From assembly GCA_000934665.2 (NCBI GenBank), contig KZ538003.1, positions 124,001 to 162,971 of the forward strand: 38,971 nucleotides of DNA, given 5' to 3'. Positions 12,502 through 24,609 of the stretch are shown here, piece by piece. The notes under the pieces were generated by a model that did not search any database, was not told the origin of the DNA, and saw only the letters and a program-made list of their open reading frames with translations. Origin of the DNA: Catajapyx aquilonaris (lineage: Eukaryota). Made by a program: the position numbers and the translations under genes. Positions within the stretch are counted from its first letter, which is position 1; every line of letters starts with the position of its first letter.

Positions 12502-13539
12502 CCGTAAGGACCTCGTTTGAAAAACCGGAATTATTTTACTTTGTTCATAAACGTCCATGGAGTTATATTGGCACCACTGATAAACAACAGATTCCGACCT
12601 TGGCCAACATTCGATTCGGTTTGTTTACGGCACGACGTTCCATTCCCCCCCTCCTCTCCCCCTCCCCTTGGTCACCGTGAATAAGACGTGGGTAGAAGGG
12701 TAGGTGTGGAAGGGGCAGAGGGGTCTTCACGGGAGAGGAGAATGATGTGTCCTCGTTGACGTCCAGCAAGCGACTGAGGCGTTCTCCCACCCATTGCGCA
12801 TGCTCGGAACGGGGGCCAATCGGAGGCGTCGTGGTAACAATGCGTCCACGGAACAATGAACGCGGGCCAATGGGGAGCGAGGTGGGGGCAACAATACGTG
12901 GCGGCGAACCTATCAGAGGGCTCGGCCAAACAACGCAAGCATTTTAATATTATAGATGGCGGGTCTTTTGAGTCTGCCATAACCGAGAGCCTGTTACATC
13001 CGGAGTCAACTGTATTAGGGACTTTGGTGTAGTACTTAGTTCACCACCTTTCACGTATGAAGGAGTTCGATCCCTGTTCCCATTTTTTTGTTATTAGGAT
13101 TAGCCAAGATCAAGCTGGATGACCTGGCCGGAAGTGAATTCATCAAGGAAGAATTTGGGATCAACAACTAATCGCAACATTTAGAACTAGTTCCTTTATC
13201 TCATATGCCCTGTTTTATAGGGTCATCCTTTGACCTTTATTTGGTTATTTTCAAGCTTATGCAACCACTTCATGCGGAATTCTTTTCACGATTGCAGGGG
13301 AAGTGGAACAGCCCAATTTTATACCAGTACTGCAATTGAGAAGAAATTACGATGAAATGCAACAAACACAATTTTCTTGTCGAATTTGCAATCTTTTATC
13401 CTGGCAGCACTAGCTAGCAAACTTATTCCGTCGATTTCAACCTTCTCAACGTAATGTAGCTTAATGAAGAGTACATTAAAGTTTTATTTTGCTTATATAC
13501 TTATTCTGTTTCACATTACAGAAAGGATATGATAAAAGA

Positions 13540-13873
13540 TAATAATAATAATAACTTTTTAAAGCTGTTAACCTCCCTGCATCGTGTCGCAGGGAGGGAA
13601 CCTTTATTTCGTCATGATGGAACCTTATGACCTAGCGCCCGGGCCAACGGGCAGGGTGACTGGGAGGGGATGTGCAAAGTGCAAGTGCAATTCTCAAACG
13701 GTACATTTTGTGAATTCCCCTGGGTGGATAAGTCTGAGGAGATTCCACCCTAAACGAAGCCAGAGACGACCCAACTCTGCACGAGATGAAGGGGGGAACC
13801 CCGGGCTGGGATCGAACCCGGGACTTTAACATCCGTGGGCGCGTACGTTACCGCAGCGCCACTTCGTCTCCCC
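13540..13873 (-). mobile_element. tRNA-derived SINE
   Basis: Minus strand starts GGGGAGACGAAG, with box A TGGCGCTGCGG (13861-13851) and box B GGTTCGATCCC (13818-13808), a GC-rich body and a (TTA)n tail at ~13554-13540. The paralogous flank after T3 (~9650-9720) lacks it. Confidence 0.75.
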
Positions 13874-14777
13874 TAGTAATTTAATTACTTTAATTGGTTC
13901 TAATTTTTATTATGCAATTCATACATTATTATTCATGATGACATTAGCATTTTGCTTTCTGTTATTACTTACGACATAATCATTACGCGTACATACAGTA
14001 TTATTGGATGCTAAAAACTAAGGAAAATGGCAGATATACTTTTATCGTGTTTATTGCGATATTGACATTTTATTATAGGAAATGTACAATAAATCTGGGA
14101 ATATTGCTGGAATATTGCATCACAAATTAGAGTCGTTTAAGGCAGACTCCTATCAGTGCACTACTTAATTGCAAAACGTGGCCATTTAAAAAGTACGGTA
14201 CTTGGTGAACAAGGGATTTTCCAAAAACCAAAAAATTAATGACCTATTACCCGACGGTTGTTGCATGGGATTTAACAATATTATTACTGTAATAATGCCT
14301 ATACGTCCTGGTACTCTTAAAACCGTCGGGGGATCCATTTTAAACATGCGACGAATTTTGACAGTGGGAGGAAAGAAACGGCAGAACCATTCAGAAAACC
14401 CACACGAACGCGGAGAGAACCAACCTAATCATTTTCAATATGAGAGTGTGCTTTGTCATAATGATGCGCAGATCGAACTCGGTAGAGTGCATCAGAGACT
14501 GTGGATGTCAGTGGCGTCACACACTGCATCACCATGCATTAAAATAAATTATTACGAAAGACTGGTAAGGAAGAGAAAAGCTATTTTGAAATGCATGTAA
14601 CTAGTTAAGATTAGTATTTTTCCTCTACTCATAATTATATTCGTATCAACTTACCGATTAATCGTTTCATTGAGGGTTTGAATATCTTCCTGGTTGATTA
14701 TTCTCATGAAAGTATTTCAATATAGGAACCACATTGACTTATAATGCATCCATATCTTCTGGAGTGCTGCTCTGATC

Positions 14778-16335
14778 ATGAAGCCTATCTTTGTTGTACT
14801 CTTCTGCGCCTTTGCGCACACATCAGCCATAACCCTAGGTAAGTTTGATGCAATGTAAAGGTGAGGCACTGCCCATCATGACTCCAGCTCATTGGAAAAG
14901 TGTTGCACATTGTTACTTTTATCCAAGTAGTGAGATTCTCAGATATGAATGCAGCCTTCACATTTTTATTTGTAATGGGTTGTCATTCTTTAAACTGGTT
15001 TCTGGACTCAACCATTTTGAACTTTTCTCATGTTACTGCTCCTCTGTTCTTAAACATGCTGTTGACTTGGGAAGTGAACCAACCGAAATATGGGATGATG
15101 TTATTTTAAGAAGTGTCTTAACATTTTTACACAATATGCCTCATGCAAATGGTACGTATCAATTGACAGACGACGCATACACACGATGCAAAGGAGTGTC
15201 ACGAGATGAGCTGGAGCCATGCATCATTCAGCTGGTTAATGATCTGAGTCCTCTGATCGTAGAAGGCAAGTCGTCACATCAACACAAACATGTCTATGGT
15301 GACTGGCAGCTAATGTGTACGTTCTTGTACGGAACAGGTATTTCTGATTTGGAATTGCAACCTGACACATGCAATTTTGACCAAATTGACTTCGAGCATA
15401 GAGCAGGCATCAGTCACTTTACGGCCCATTACTATGCTGGAAAATTTAGAGGCCTAGATGAATTTCACTTGACTCATCTAAAGTAAGATGCCTCTGCTTC
15501 CTCAATAAACCACAACAATTATTGCGACTGTTTCCTTTTTATGTTAGGATTGACTACAACAACAAGCTGGCTGTTTGGTCCGCCTTATTTCCCGAAGTTG
15601 TGACCATGGGAACCTACTACATGGATGCCAGTGTGTTGGGATTTCCCATATATGGCAACGGAACATATTGGCATCGCTGGGGTAAACCATCACTTCTTTC
15701 CCTGACTCATGTCACTCGCTATTTTTATGCGCACTTAATTATTATTTATCTCACGTCAACCAGAGAGTTTTCACGTCTACGGAGTCTCTCACCTGGCAGT
15801 GGAAGAGATCAATGGGGAGTTACATCTTCAGGAGAAGGACACTGAACTCACGTTCAGCTACGGCAAAGCTGCAATGCGGATGAACAACCTGTACGACGGA
15901 GATCCCATCTTACGTAAGTGCTGCTAATTAATAGAGTGGAACCCTGAGTTACATCTCCGCTAGGAAAGGATTTCACATCTGGAAAAGCTTCTTTCAGCCT
16001 TCCTATGGGTTTGACTGGAGTTCGCCAACTGCAACCTAATATTCCTATCCCCCCCCCCCTTTCAATCCCCAATCATAATCATAATCCCATTGACTCCTTC
16101 CAATAAATCAAACCAGCACTAATTGCGGAATTCTAACGAGAATGCTGTTTCAGAGCAAGGTGCTTCTGCCTTCCTGGATGTGAATGTGGACGCTGTCGTA
16201 GACGAATTGCGACCCTCGGCCAAGAGACAGTTCCGAGCATTTACAGGAAACCACGTGAACAGAGCCCTGGCCAAGATCAAGCTGGATGACCTGGCCGGAA
16301 GCGAATTCATCAAGGAAGCATTTGGCATCAATTAG
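14778..16335 (+). CDS. Takeout/JHBP-family secreted protein T5 (255 aa)
   Basis: Exons 14778-14838, 15170-15265, 15338-15482, 15548-15681, 15764-15913, 16154-16335; open frame; signal peptide MKPIFVVLFCAFAHTSA; GC donor at 15266. Confidence 0.9.
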
Positions 16336-17145
16336 ACGCAATGCCATGATTAGGCCTGGTTCCTATACGGAATGCGACGACTCTCGTCGTCGTTTATTTG
16401 AGATGTTTTGTCACAATTTACAGCACAGTGAGATGCTTCAGGACGCGTTTCACTTATCCGCGACAAATTATCATGAAACAAAAAATCAGCGGATAACTGG
16501 GGCTCCAGGCACAGTGTCATTTTAATTATTATTCAACAACAAGCGGCATTTGCACATAACGTTTAAAAATGCTTCCATCCTTATGGCAAGATTTCAAAAG
16601 TAATTACAGTAGCTTATCGGCTAAGTAACAATTTGATTGGTACTAATATGCTTATTATTATGAGGCTACTACAATAATTTTTCTGGACTGAATAAAGATC
16701 TGCTATTATTTTGTCATAATGTTCGTGTTTTTGGATGTTAAAAAGTCAGGACATGGACAGAGACATATTTTTCCTTGTTTTCCACATTGTTATTATGTAA
16801 CAGTTTTCAGCAGACGTGCTCAGAGGAGAAGGATTTTGATAATGGGAGCCCCGACAACGGCCTGACCTCGGAGTTGGAAGTCTTGGGATTACCGTGCCAC
16901 ACTTACCAAGTTGTATTCCAGCAATTAAAATACAGTCATTGCATTGGTGTAAATGGGAAACTTATGCGGGAATATAACTTATCTAATAATATTTTTCCTC
17001 CTCTCATACTTATGCCAACATACCAGTATCCATTACCGTAATGCCTCATATGAAATATTTTTCTTCCTGGTGCATTCTCACAAACGTATTAAAAGTGCAT
17101 ATTTGCGTCAAGTCTACCCATACCTACTAGAGTGCTGATCTAATC

Positions 17146-19102
17146 ATGTCGCCTCTCTTTGCTGCACTCTGCTGTGCTTTGGCACACACTTCAGCCATAA
17201 CCCTAGGTAAATTTAGTGCGAAATACAGGGGAAAATTAGTGCATTGTTTACCCAAACATTCACTCAAATTGAACATTGCCCCCTGACTGTTTCCAATATT
17301 CAATCTGATTATTTTGATGTCTAAATTACCCGAATTATTTTTATATCCCCATCCTATCACCTCTGGTCTTGTGTACTGTTGATGTGGGCAATCCACTAAC
17401 CTACATGTACAGTAGTATGTTGATATTTTATTATTTTATTTTATTTTAAAACATTTTTCTCCACATTTGCCTCGTTCAAATGGCGGAAAATGGTGCATGT
17501 CACTTGACAGAAGATGCATACACACGATGCAAAGGAGTGTCACGAGATGAGCTGGAGCCCTGCATCATTCAGCTGGTTAACGATCCGAGTCCCCTGATCA
17601 TAGAAGGCAAGTCATCCTATCATCACAATGATATCTGGATATACGAGATGCTAACGCCCTATTTACGGAACAGGTACTTCCGAATTGGAATTGAAACCTG
17701 ACACGTGCAATTTTGACCAAATTGACGTCGAGCATCAGGCAGGGATCAGTCACCTGACGGCACATTATTATGCTGGGAAGTTTCGAGGACTTGAGGAATT
17801 TCACTTGACTCATCTTAAGTAAGTTGTCAGGTAATGCAGTAGACTCCATAGTAGATTTACAGTAGACTCTGGGTATGACGGGATTCAAGGGACCGCGGAA
17901 ATCGGTCTGTTATAGCCGAATCGCCACTTCTGCAACAAATGGACAAAGTTTTCTTTCTGTCGTATGCCTATAATGCACACTACTCCATGGGGGATTCTTT
18001 CGAGTCTGCTATAACCGTGAGTCTGTTATATCCGGAGTCAACTGTATTAGGGAGTTTCGTGTGGCAGTTAGTTCACAGCCTCCACCTATAAGGTACAGCT
18101 TCGTTCTCGTGATCATGACCATTCTCTAGGTATACTATAACTCTCATATTTACCATATGACACTGCACTATCCCTGCGCTTCACAGCCTTAGTTGCCTCT
18201 GCTTCCCCCAATAAACCAAAGCAATAATCGCGACTCTTTCATTTTGATTAGGATTGACTATGAAAACAAACTAGCCGTTTGGTCTGCCTTGATTCCGGAG
18301 TTAGTGACCATGGGCACCTACTACATGGATGCAAATGTGTTGGGATTTCCAATATATGGCAATGGAACATATTGGACTCGCTGGGGTGAGCCATCACTTT
18401 CTCACGCTCATGTTAGATGTTACGCCCACTAGCCCATATACGCATTGGATTACTGTATTACCCATGATAATTATTATCTCGTCAAGCAGATACTTTACAC
18501 GTCTACGGAGTCTCTCACCTGGCAGTGGAAGAGATCAACGGGGAGTTACATCTTCAGGAGAAGGACACCGAATTCACGTTTAGTTACTCGAAAGCTGCAA
18601 TGCGGATGAACAACTTGTACGACGGAGACCCCATCTTACGTAAGTCTTGATAATATTAATAGGGTGGAAGACCCTCTCACTTGGGAGGTAATATTGGCAC
18701 CCTTTTTTGTCGCATCATGATCCAAACAGCCCCAATCAGGATCAGGATCACCTGTTAAAGCAGCAGTCACCGCAGAAATTCTCCATGTTCCTGCGACTCT
18801 ATCTAGTTTTATTACTCCTTCTTCTTAATATATGTCCCATGGCCTTAGTTGTTTTATTTGATCCTCCCAATAAAACAAACCATCACTCATGCTGCATTCT
18901 GACGAGGATGATTCTTTCAGAGCAAGGTGCTTCGGCCTTCCTGGACATGAATGTGGACGCACTCATGGACGAAATTAAACCCTCGGCCAAGAGACTGTTT
19001 CGAGCCATGACCGGAAACCACGTGAACAGTGCCCTGGCCATGATCAAACTGGATGACCTAGCCGGAAGCGAATTCATAAAGGAAGCATTTGGCATCAATT
19101 AA
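17146..19102 (+). CDS. Takeout/JHBP-family secreted protein T6 (255 aa)
   Basis: Exons 17146-17206, 17511-17606, 17674-17818, 18252-18385, 18490-18639, 18921-19102; open frame; GC donor at 17607; private substitutions at otherwise invariant sites (NDPSP, GTSEL, AMIKL). Confidence 0.87.
17860..18044. mobile_element. Tc1/mariner-type MITE (185 bp) in T6 intron 3
   Basis: TA|CAGTAGACTCTGGGTATGAC ... GTTATATCCGGAGTCAACTG|TA; imperfect TIRs and TA TSD; intron 3 is about 80 bp or shorter in copies without it. Confidence 0.75.
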
Positions 19103-19671
19103 ACGCCATGACTATAGTTTATATTCTTCGAAAGCGAAGTCACATAGGATCATCCAACATGAACCTTTATTATTCGTCCTTGCAGTGTGATATTAACTCT
19201 GTTAACAGTGTATGATTTGGCATTTGGCGAATAGTCGTTTTTTAAAACCCTCAAACTGTTTCACAGTAGGCTATTGAGAGGCAGTGATATTATATTACAT
19301 GAATAAAAGATTTTGGTGCCAGTAATGATAATACAATGATTATAATAATTAGTTTGCATTAATATTTTTAAATTGTTGGATGCTAAGAAGTCCTAATGAA
19401 AGTGGCCGAGATAATTATGTTTTTTTCATCTTCGCCTAAGTGGCATTAATTAGCCTTTATGGAAAGCACATAATCCCCCGCCTAATAAATAGCAGCACAC
19501 AGTCTCTTGTGGTATTATTGTCATCTAGTCCTAGTGGAAAATAAAGTAAGTTATACGGTTAGAGGCAGGCCATTGTTACACATATTATGTATACCTCAAT
19601 GATTTCAACGCTGTTGAAGGCATTAATTTATTATCATACATAATAACAGTTATTTGCGTAGTCCAAGTCTT

Positions 19672-21596
19672 TTATCTGGGTCTGATCTTCATGGCTGCTC
19701 TTCTCAGATTGTAATGATCGATATAATCTTCCCTCGAATGGTACCAGCATTCAACACCTTGTTCGTACTTTCCCTTGCGATAAACTCCGTTCAGATTGGA
19801 AACGAGGCATGATCTGTACCACCAGCCACCCTCGAAATTCTCTGCGCAGTTACTTCCTTCATTACCATCGTTGTCCTGGTCATAGGTGGAGAATGCCACG
19901 TTATTGTGCCAGTAGGTAAGAGAGTCCCCCGGGTCTCTTCCTGGTCCCTTCTCGTATCCTCCCACACTGAGCTCGTACCTCTCTCTTTCATCTTTGACCA
20001 CAAAAGTGTGGTACAGGGCGACCATCTTCGACCCCTCCCATTCCTCCAGGTCCACCCGGAGAATCATCGGAGTGGAAGGGTCACTGGTCAGTGCGTGGAT
20101 GGTGTCCAGACCTGTACAGGGTGGGACATATAATAATCGTACAGATTTACACTTTGAATTCTGGTTAGTTAGGCTTGCCAATCCATTCGTCGGCTGTGAT
20201 GGTGACAAGTGATAAGAGTGGAACTCACCCAGCCAGAACTCCCCATTCAGATCACCAAACCCTCTCCGGTAATCTTCCCATCCTCGATTGAAGTCCACGT
20301 GAGGTTCAATGTCATCTCTCCTTTGTATAACCGTCCACCCTCCTCCATCCGACTCCATATCGCAATACACCTGTGGATACGACAACATGGGTTAGTGACG
20401 TAAAATATATTATATTAATTCCACATGTTGTATAGGGCCCGAAATCATTCAGAGTGAATGTGACCTTTTTCCGTGAGCCTCACCTCGACTTCCTTTCCAG
20501 AGATGGTCACGGTATACAAGCCAGAATAGCTGTGCCCTTGTTGCAGAAGGTCATAGCAACTACTATCTCCAGTAATTTCAGGGGGTGTCGGGTCTGAAAG
20601 AAATAGTCACAAAACCGGTAATTTTCTCTGCTGGGGCACCTCCATTAACACCTTTTCCCACTCTTTTAAAAGAATCCCTTACAATCATTTTGCTCGGTTA
20701 TAGGCCACAGTTCCATTATCGCCCTGCCTATTTTCTGTGTACCTCATTGTCAGCTTTTTGCTATTGGTAAAAGACACAATTTCCAATAGCTTGCAAAGGT
20801 GTGAGTGTAACTTATACTTTAAATATAAGCACAACAATCCTATGAATATTTTCAACCAACGCACGGAATACATAAGCACAATGATTTGTTTTCTTACCAG
20901 ATTCGGTCAGGCAGACAGTTTCGTTGTTCATAGTATTCGTCACCGATGAGGTGATTGTGTCCACTGCACGGCTGGAATAAATTTCACATGTTCAATATTC
21001 AATTAAACCACCTTCTCAATAATTATTCCGCACTGTTTTCCCGAACACATAGCTTCATAATCTGACATGTCTGGAAAGGATGAGTATGATGATAATCATC
21101 ATGCGATTAGTTTACCCTTGACTATTGTACGCAGTAAAAGCAGTTGGGTTGACACGGGGTTGCTCACGTACCACAATTCTTCTTTTAATGATTGAATTTC
21201 CTGTTGTGATGATTTCATTCCCTCTCCTAATGAAGTAATTTCCTCTTCTAATGATTTCACTTCCTCCTTGATTTCTCTCACTTCTCGTGCTGCACAATGA
21301 AAAACGCAAGAGCATACTCAAAGTACTTTAAAACAAGACTTGACAATTATTATTATCTATCGACCCTTATTATTACCTGTTCGAGCAACATCCTCCAAAA
21401 CTCTCATCATATATCGTATGGCCAGTTCCAGTCTGTGTGCCTTACATGTTTCCATTGGATCGACATCACGGGGAATGTATTCGGGTGATGTCGATCCAAA
21501 GGAAACCTGTAAGGAACACAGGGAATACTTGACCCCTGACAGGAACAGAAGGGTGCCCAACAAATAGAGACCATAACTGCTAAAGTTGGCCATCAT
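19672..21596 (-). CDS. Secreted fibrinogen-related protein (FREP; ficolin/techylectin/angiopoietin-like), about 367 aa
   Basis: Exons (minus) 21596-21377, 21289-21172, 20971-20898, 20593-20484, 20370-20229, 20111-19672 sum to 1104 nt, all GT-AG and in frame. Hydrophobic N-terminus, heptad coiled coil (VREIKEEVKSLEEEITSL), and FReD motifs SCYDL, VYCDM, GGWTVIQRR, GFGDLNGEFWLG, FSTYDQDND, GGWWY, SNLNG, MKIRP. The 5-prime exons are less certain than the domain exons. Confidence 0.88.
21433..21521. repeat. Inverted repeat (37-bp arms, 3 mismatches, 15-nt loop) inside FREP exon 1
   Basis: 21433-21469 CTGTGTGCCTTACATGTTTCCATTGGATCGACATCAC pairs with 21485-21521 GTGATGTCGATCCAAAGGAAACCTGTAAGGAACACAG. 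Confidence 0.95.
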
Positions 21597-22888
21597 CTCG
21601 GAGGATGCTGCACTCGACTGAATCAGACGACTCCTTTCTCTTCAACCCTGTGGGGCCTACTGCTTAAATAGTGACATTGGTGACCGCTGATATAATATTT
21701 AAGGGCAGAGAGCGAGGCTTCCTTATCGGGAGAGATGTTTGTGACTTGATCCCGTGCCACAAATTTCATCAGAATATTATACAAGGAAGGAAGATTGAGC
21801 AATTGATATTGAATTGCAAGTCCCATTATAACTCCATGTCACCAGAGAATTATTTCTTGAGGGTACAACATTCATATCCTGACTCTCTGCCAGTGTGCAG
21901 AAGGACAAAAGGAGGGCATTTTCTTGCCTTCACATGAAGCAGAACGTCGATCACGTGTGTTCTGGTTATAAAAAAGTGGACTTCCCTTGCTTTGACATGA
22001 GTATTGGCTTGGTTGTCTGGAGGGGTCATGGGTTGCATGATGGTGCAGTTAGCTATATTTTGATGCCGAGATAAGCAATGGATGTTTACATAATGACCTT
22101 CATCAAAGTCAGGAGGTGCAAGCAGTGTTATAAGGAGGAATGTTGTAATTTTCTCCAGACTACCAAAATGAAACATGAAGTACAATGTAGAGGAGTCGCT
22201 ACATCATCGCTCTAGTAGTTGAGATTATTTGATTTCATCACAGAGAGCAATGTACAGTACGTAGACTATAATATTATGTCACCATGTCGCTATCATAAAG
22301 CCCACTTATCATTACACTTGTGTGGCTATTTTTTTATGATTTCAATGAAGATTTGTGTGCCTGTTACTCGCGGCTCTTTGGCTGCAGGTAAAAACAGAAT
22401 AACCAGTTTCTTGTGACAAACGCTGTAGTGACTTTTTCATGCCGATATTATGCGAAGAACCTTCGACGCGACGGGAGCATCGCCTCACGTCGGTTTGAGT
22501 GGTCATGGAGGTCAATAATTACAGCATTATTGCGAATTTTGCTGCATTCTCATGAGCTAAGGTAAGTAAGTTGTAAACCAAACTTCACGTTTCAGGAAGA
22601 GAACAATGAAAATTATTAATATAAACTTATAGCTGTTTTTTGTGGAGAGCCCTATCTACCCTCTACAATATACTTATAGAGAGGAAAGCTATCCTGGAAT
22701 TTGAATGCAAAATGCCAAGTACTCATTTCCTTTCCTCATACAGTATGTTAATGTCACCTTGCCGATTAATCCCGCCATTAAGATAATTAAGTTCTTCCTG
22801 ATTGAATCTCACGAAGGTATTACAATTCCACATTTACATAATTATATACGTATAATCCACCCATACCTTCTGGAGTGCTGATCTAATC

Positions 22889-24609
22889 ATGAAGCCTGCC
22901 TTTGCTGTACTCTGCTGTGCTTTGCTTTTGGTTCATTCTTTGGCCATAACCCTTGGTAAGTTTTTTGCAATGTACTGACAGTGTGAGCCTATAATGCTCT
23001 CAGCTCAAGAGAATAAGACGTCTGATTCTCTTGAGCTGAGAGCATGATAGGCATGATAGTGCATTGTTTACACCAGAAACCAGTTTCATGCAGGTGAATG
23101 TAGCCGTAATAATATTGTTCATTTCAATGGCTGTGGCCTTTTCAAATCATGTTTCTAAGCTGAACTATATACTGGACCTTCCTATACTATAACCGTCCCT
23201 CTATCCTTTGACATAGGGCCTACTGTTGACTTGGGCAATGCATATTCCGAAATAAGGGATGAGTAGCTTTTAAAAAGCATATAGTCTTAACATTTTTATG
23301 TACAAGCCTCATTCAAATGGCGCGTGTCACTCGGCAGATGATGCATACACACGATGCAAAGGAGTGTCACGAAAGGAGCTGGAGCCCTGCATCATTCAGT
23401 TGGTTAATGATCTCAGTCCCTTGATCATCAAAGGTAAGTCGTCCTATATCAACACAAACATGTCTATTGTGACTGGAAGATAACGTTATCTCCCATTTTC
23501 CTTGCTCGGAACAGGCATTTCTGAATTGGAACTGCAACCTGACACATGCAATTTTGACCAGCTTGACTTCGAGCATAAAACAGGGATCAGTCACGTGACG
23601 GCCCATTACTATGGTGGAAAGTATCGCGGAGTTGAGGAATTTAAGCTGACCCATTTGAAGTAAGTTGGTACGCCGCACAGTACACTACTTGCATTATTTT
23701 CAACTGCGACTGTTTCCATTTTGTTATTATAGGATTGACTACGACAACAGACTGGCTGTTTGGTCCGCCATCTTTCCAGAGATAGTGGCCTTGGGTACTT
23801 ATGACATGGATGCTAGTGTATTGGGATTTCCTATATACGGCAATGGAACATTCTGGTATCGCTGGGGTAAGTCATCACTTCTTTAATGTACTCACGTCGT
23901 CCCCAACTGGTACTGTATCTACAGGTTCATCCAGGTTAGTACACAAGTAGGCTACTGTAACATTTTCCCTTCTGTTCCCTTCTGTAAAACCGAAACATCT
24001 TTAGTGTGACAAGTGACAAGAACATAATGTTCAAGAAAATATACTTCTCTTAATATTATTAGGCCATCATCATTTTTCAAGAGTGTTAAAGGCTCGATTA
24101 GAGGTAAGTTAACTAATATAAATATCGCATTTCACTCAGATACCTTTCACGTCTACGCAGTTTCTCATCTGGCAGTGGAAGAGATTAACGGGGAGTTACA
24201 TCTTCAGGAGGAGGACACCGAAATGACGTTAAGCTATGGGAAAGCTGCAATGCGGATGAACAACTTGTACGACGGAGACCCCATCTTACGTAAGCCCTCC
24301 TTCATCTGCCTAATTTTTACTATCCCGCCCTCTCAATTCCTCTTGGCCTTAGTTGCCGTGGCTCCTTCCAATAAACCAAACCAGCAATATTGTGAGCCAG
24401 GCCATTCTAATCAGAATGGTGTTTCAGAGCAAGGTGCTTCTGCCTTCCTGGACATGAATGTGGACGCTTTATTGGACGAATTGCGACCCGAGGCCAATAG
24501 GTACTTCCGATCTTTTACCGGAAATCACGTGAACATTGCCCTGGCCAAGATCAAGCTGGATGACCTGGCAGGAAGCGAATTCATCAAGGAAGCATTTGGT
24601 ATCAGTTAG
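22889..24609 (+). CDS. Takeout/JHBP-family secreted protein T7 (257 aa)
   Basis: Exons 22889-22955, 23338-23433, 23515-23659, 23733-23866, 24140-24289, 24428-24609; open frame; the only copy with a GT donor at intron 2 (23434). Confidence 0.9.
22987..23052. repeat. 66-bp near-perfect palindrome in T7 intron 1
   Basis: GCCTATAATGCTCTCAGCTCAAGAGAATAAGAC mirrored by GTCTGATTCTCTTGAGCTGAGAGCATGATAGGC with 2 mismatches. Confidence 0.92.

Larger units (their letters stand above)
10105..13012. mobile_element. Tc1/mariner-type MITE split by nested insertions (same family and intron as 17860-18044)
   Basis: TA|CAGTAGACTTCGGATACGAC at 10105 and CTGTTACATCCGGAGTCAACTG|TA ending 13012; the right part and right flank align with 17990-18080. 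Confidence 0.65.
9957..13171 (+). pseudogene. Shattered takeout/JHBP pseudogene T4
   Basis: Exon 3 remnant at 9957-10081 (ELELQPEMCNFDNIDIEHQAGISHMTAHYYAGKFRGIEEFQL). About 2.9 kb of inserted DNA follows in intron 3. The exon 4 acceptor TTATTAG/GATT is fused directly to the tail of exon 6 (13102-13171, AKIKLDDLAGSEFIKEEFGINN-stop). Confidence 0.85.

Noticed and set aside
13800..13873. tRNA gene
   Set aside because: Box A/B are present but there is no convincing cloverleaf, and it continues into a body and repeat tail; better explained as a SINE head.
14845..15486. 213-aa ORF as a distinct protein
   Set aside because: Chance read-through of T5 introns 1 and 2 into exons 2-3; the equivalent introns in other copies contain stops.
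20743..20810. Extra FREP exon bounded by AG and GT
   Set aside because: 68 nt, not frame-preserving, and gives a TAG stop in the required phase.
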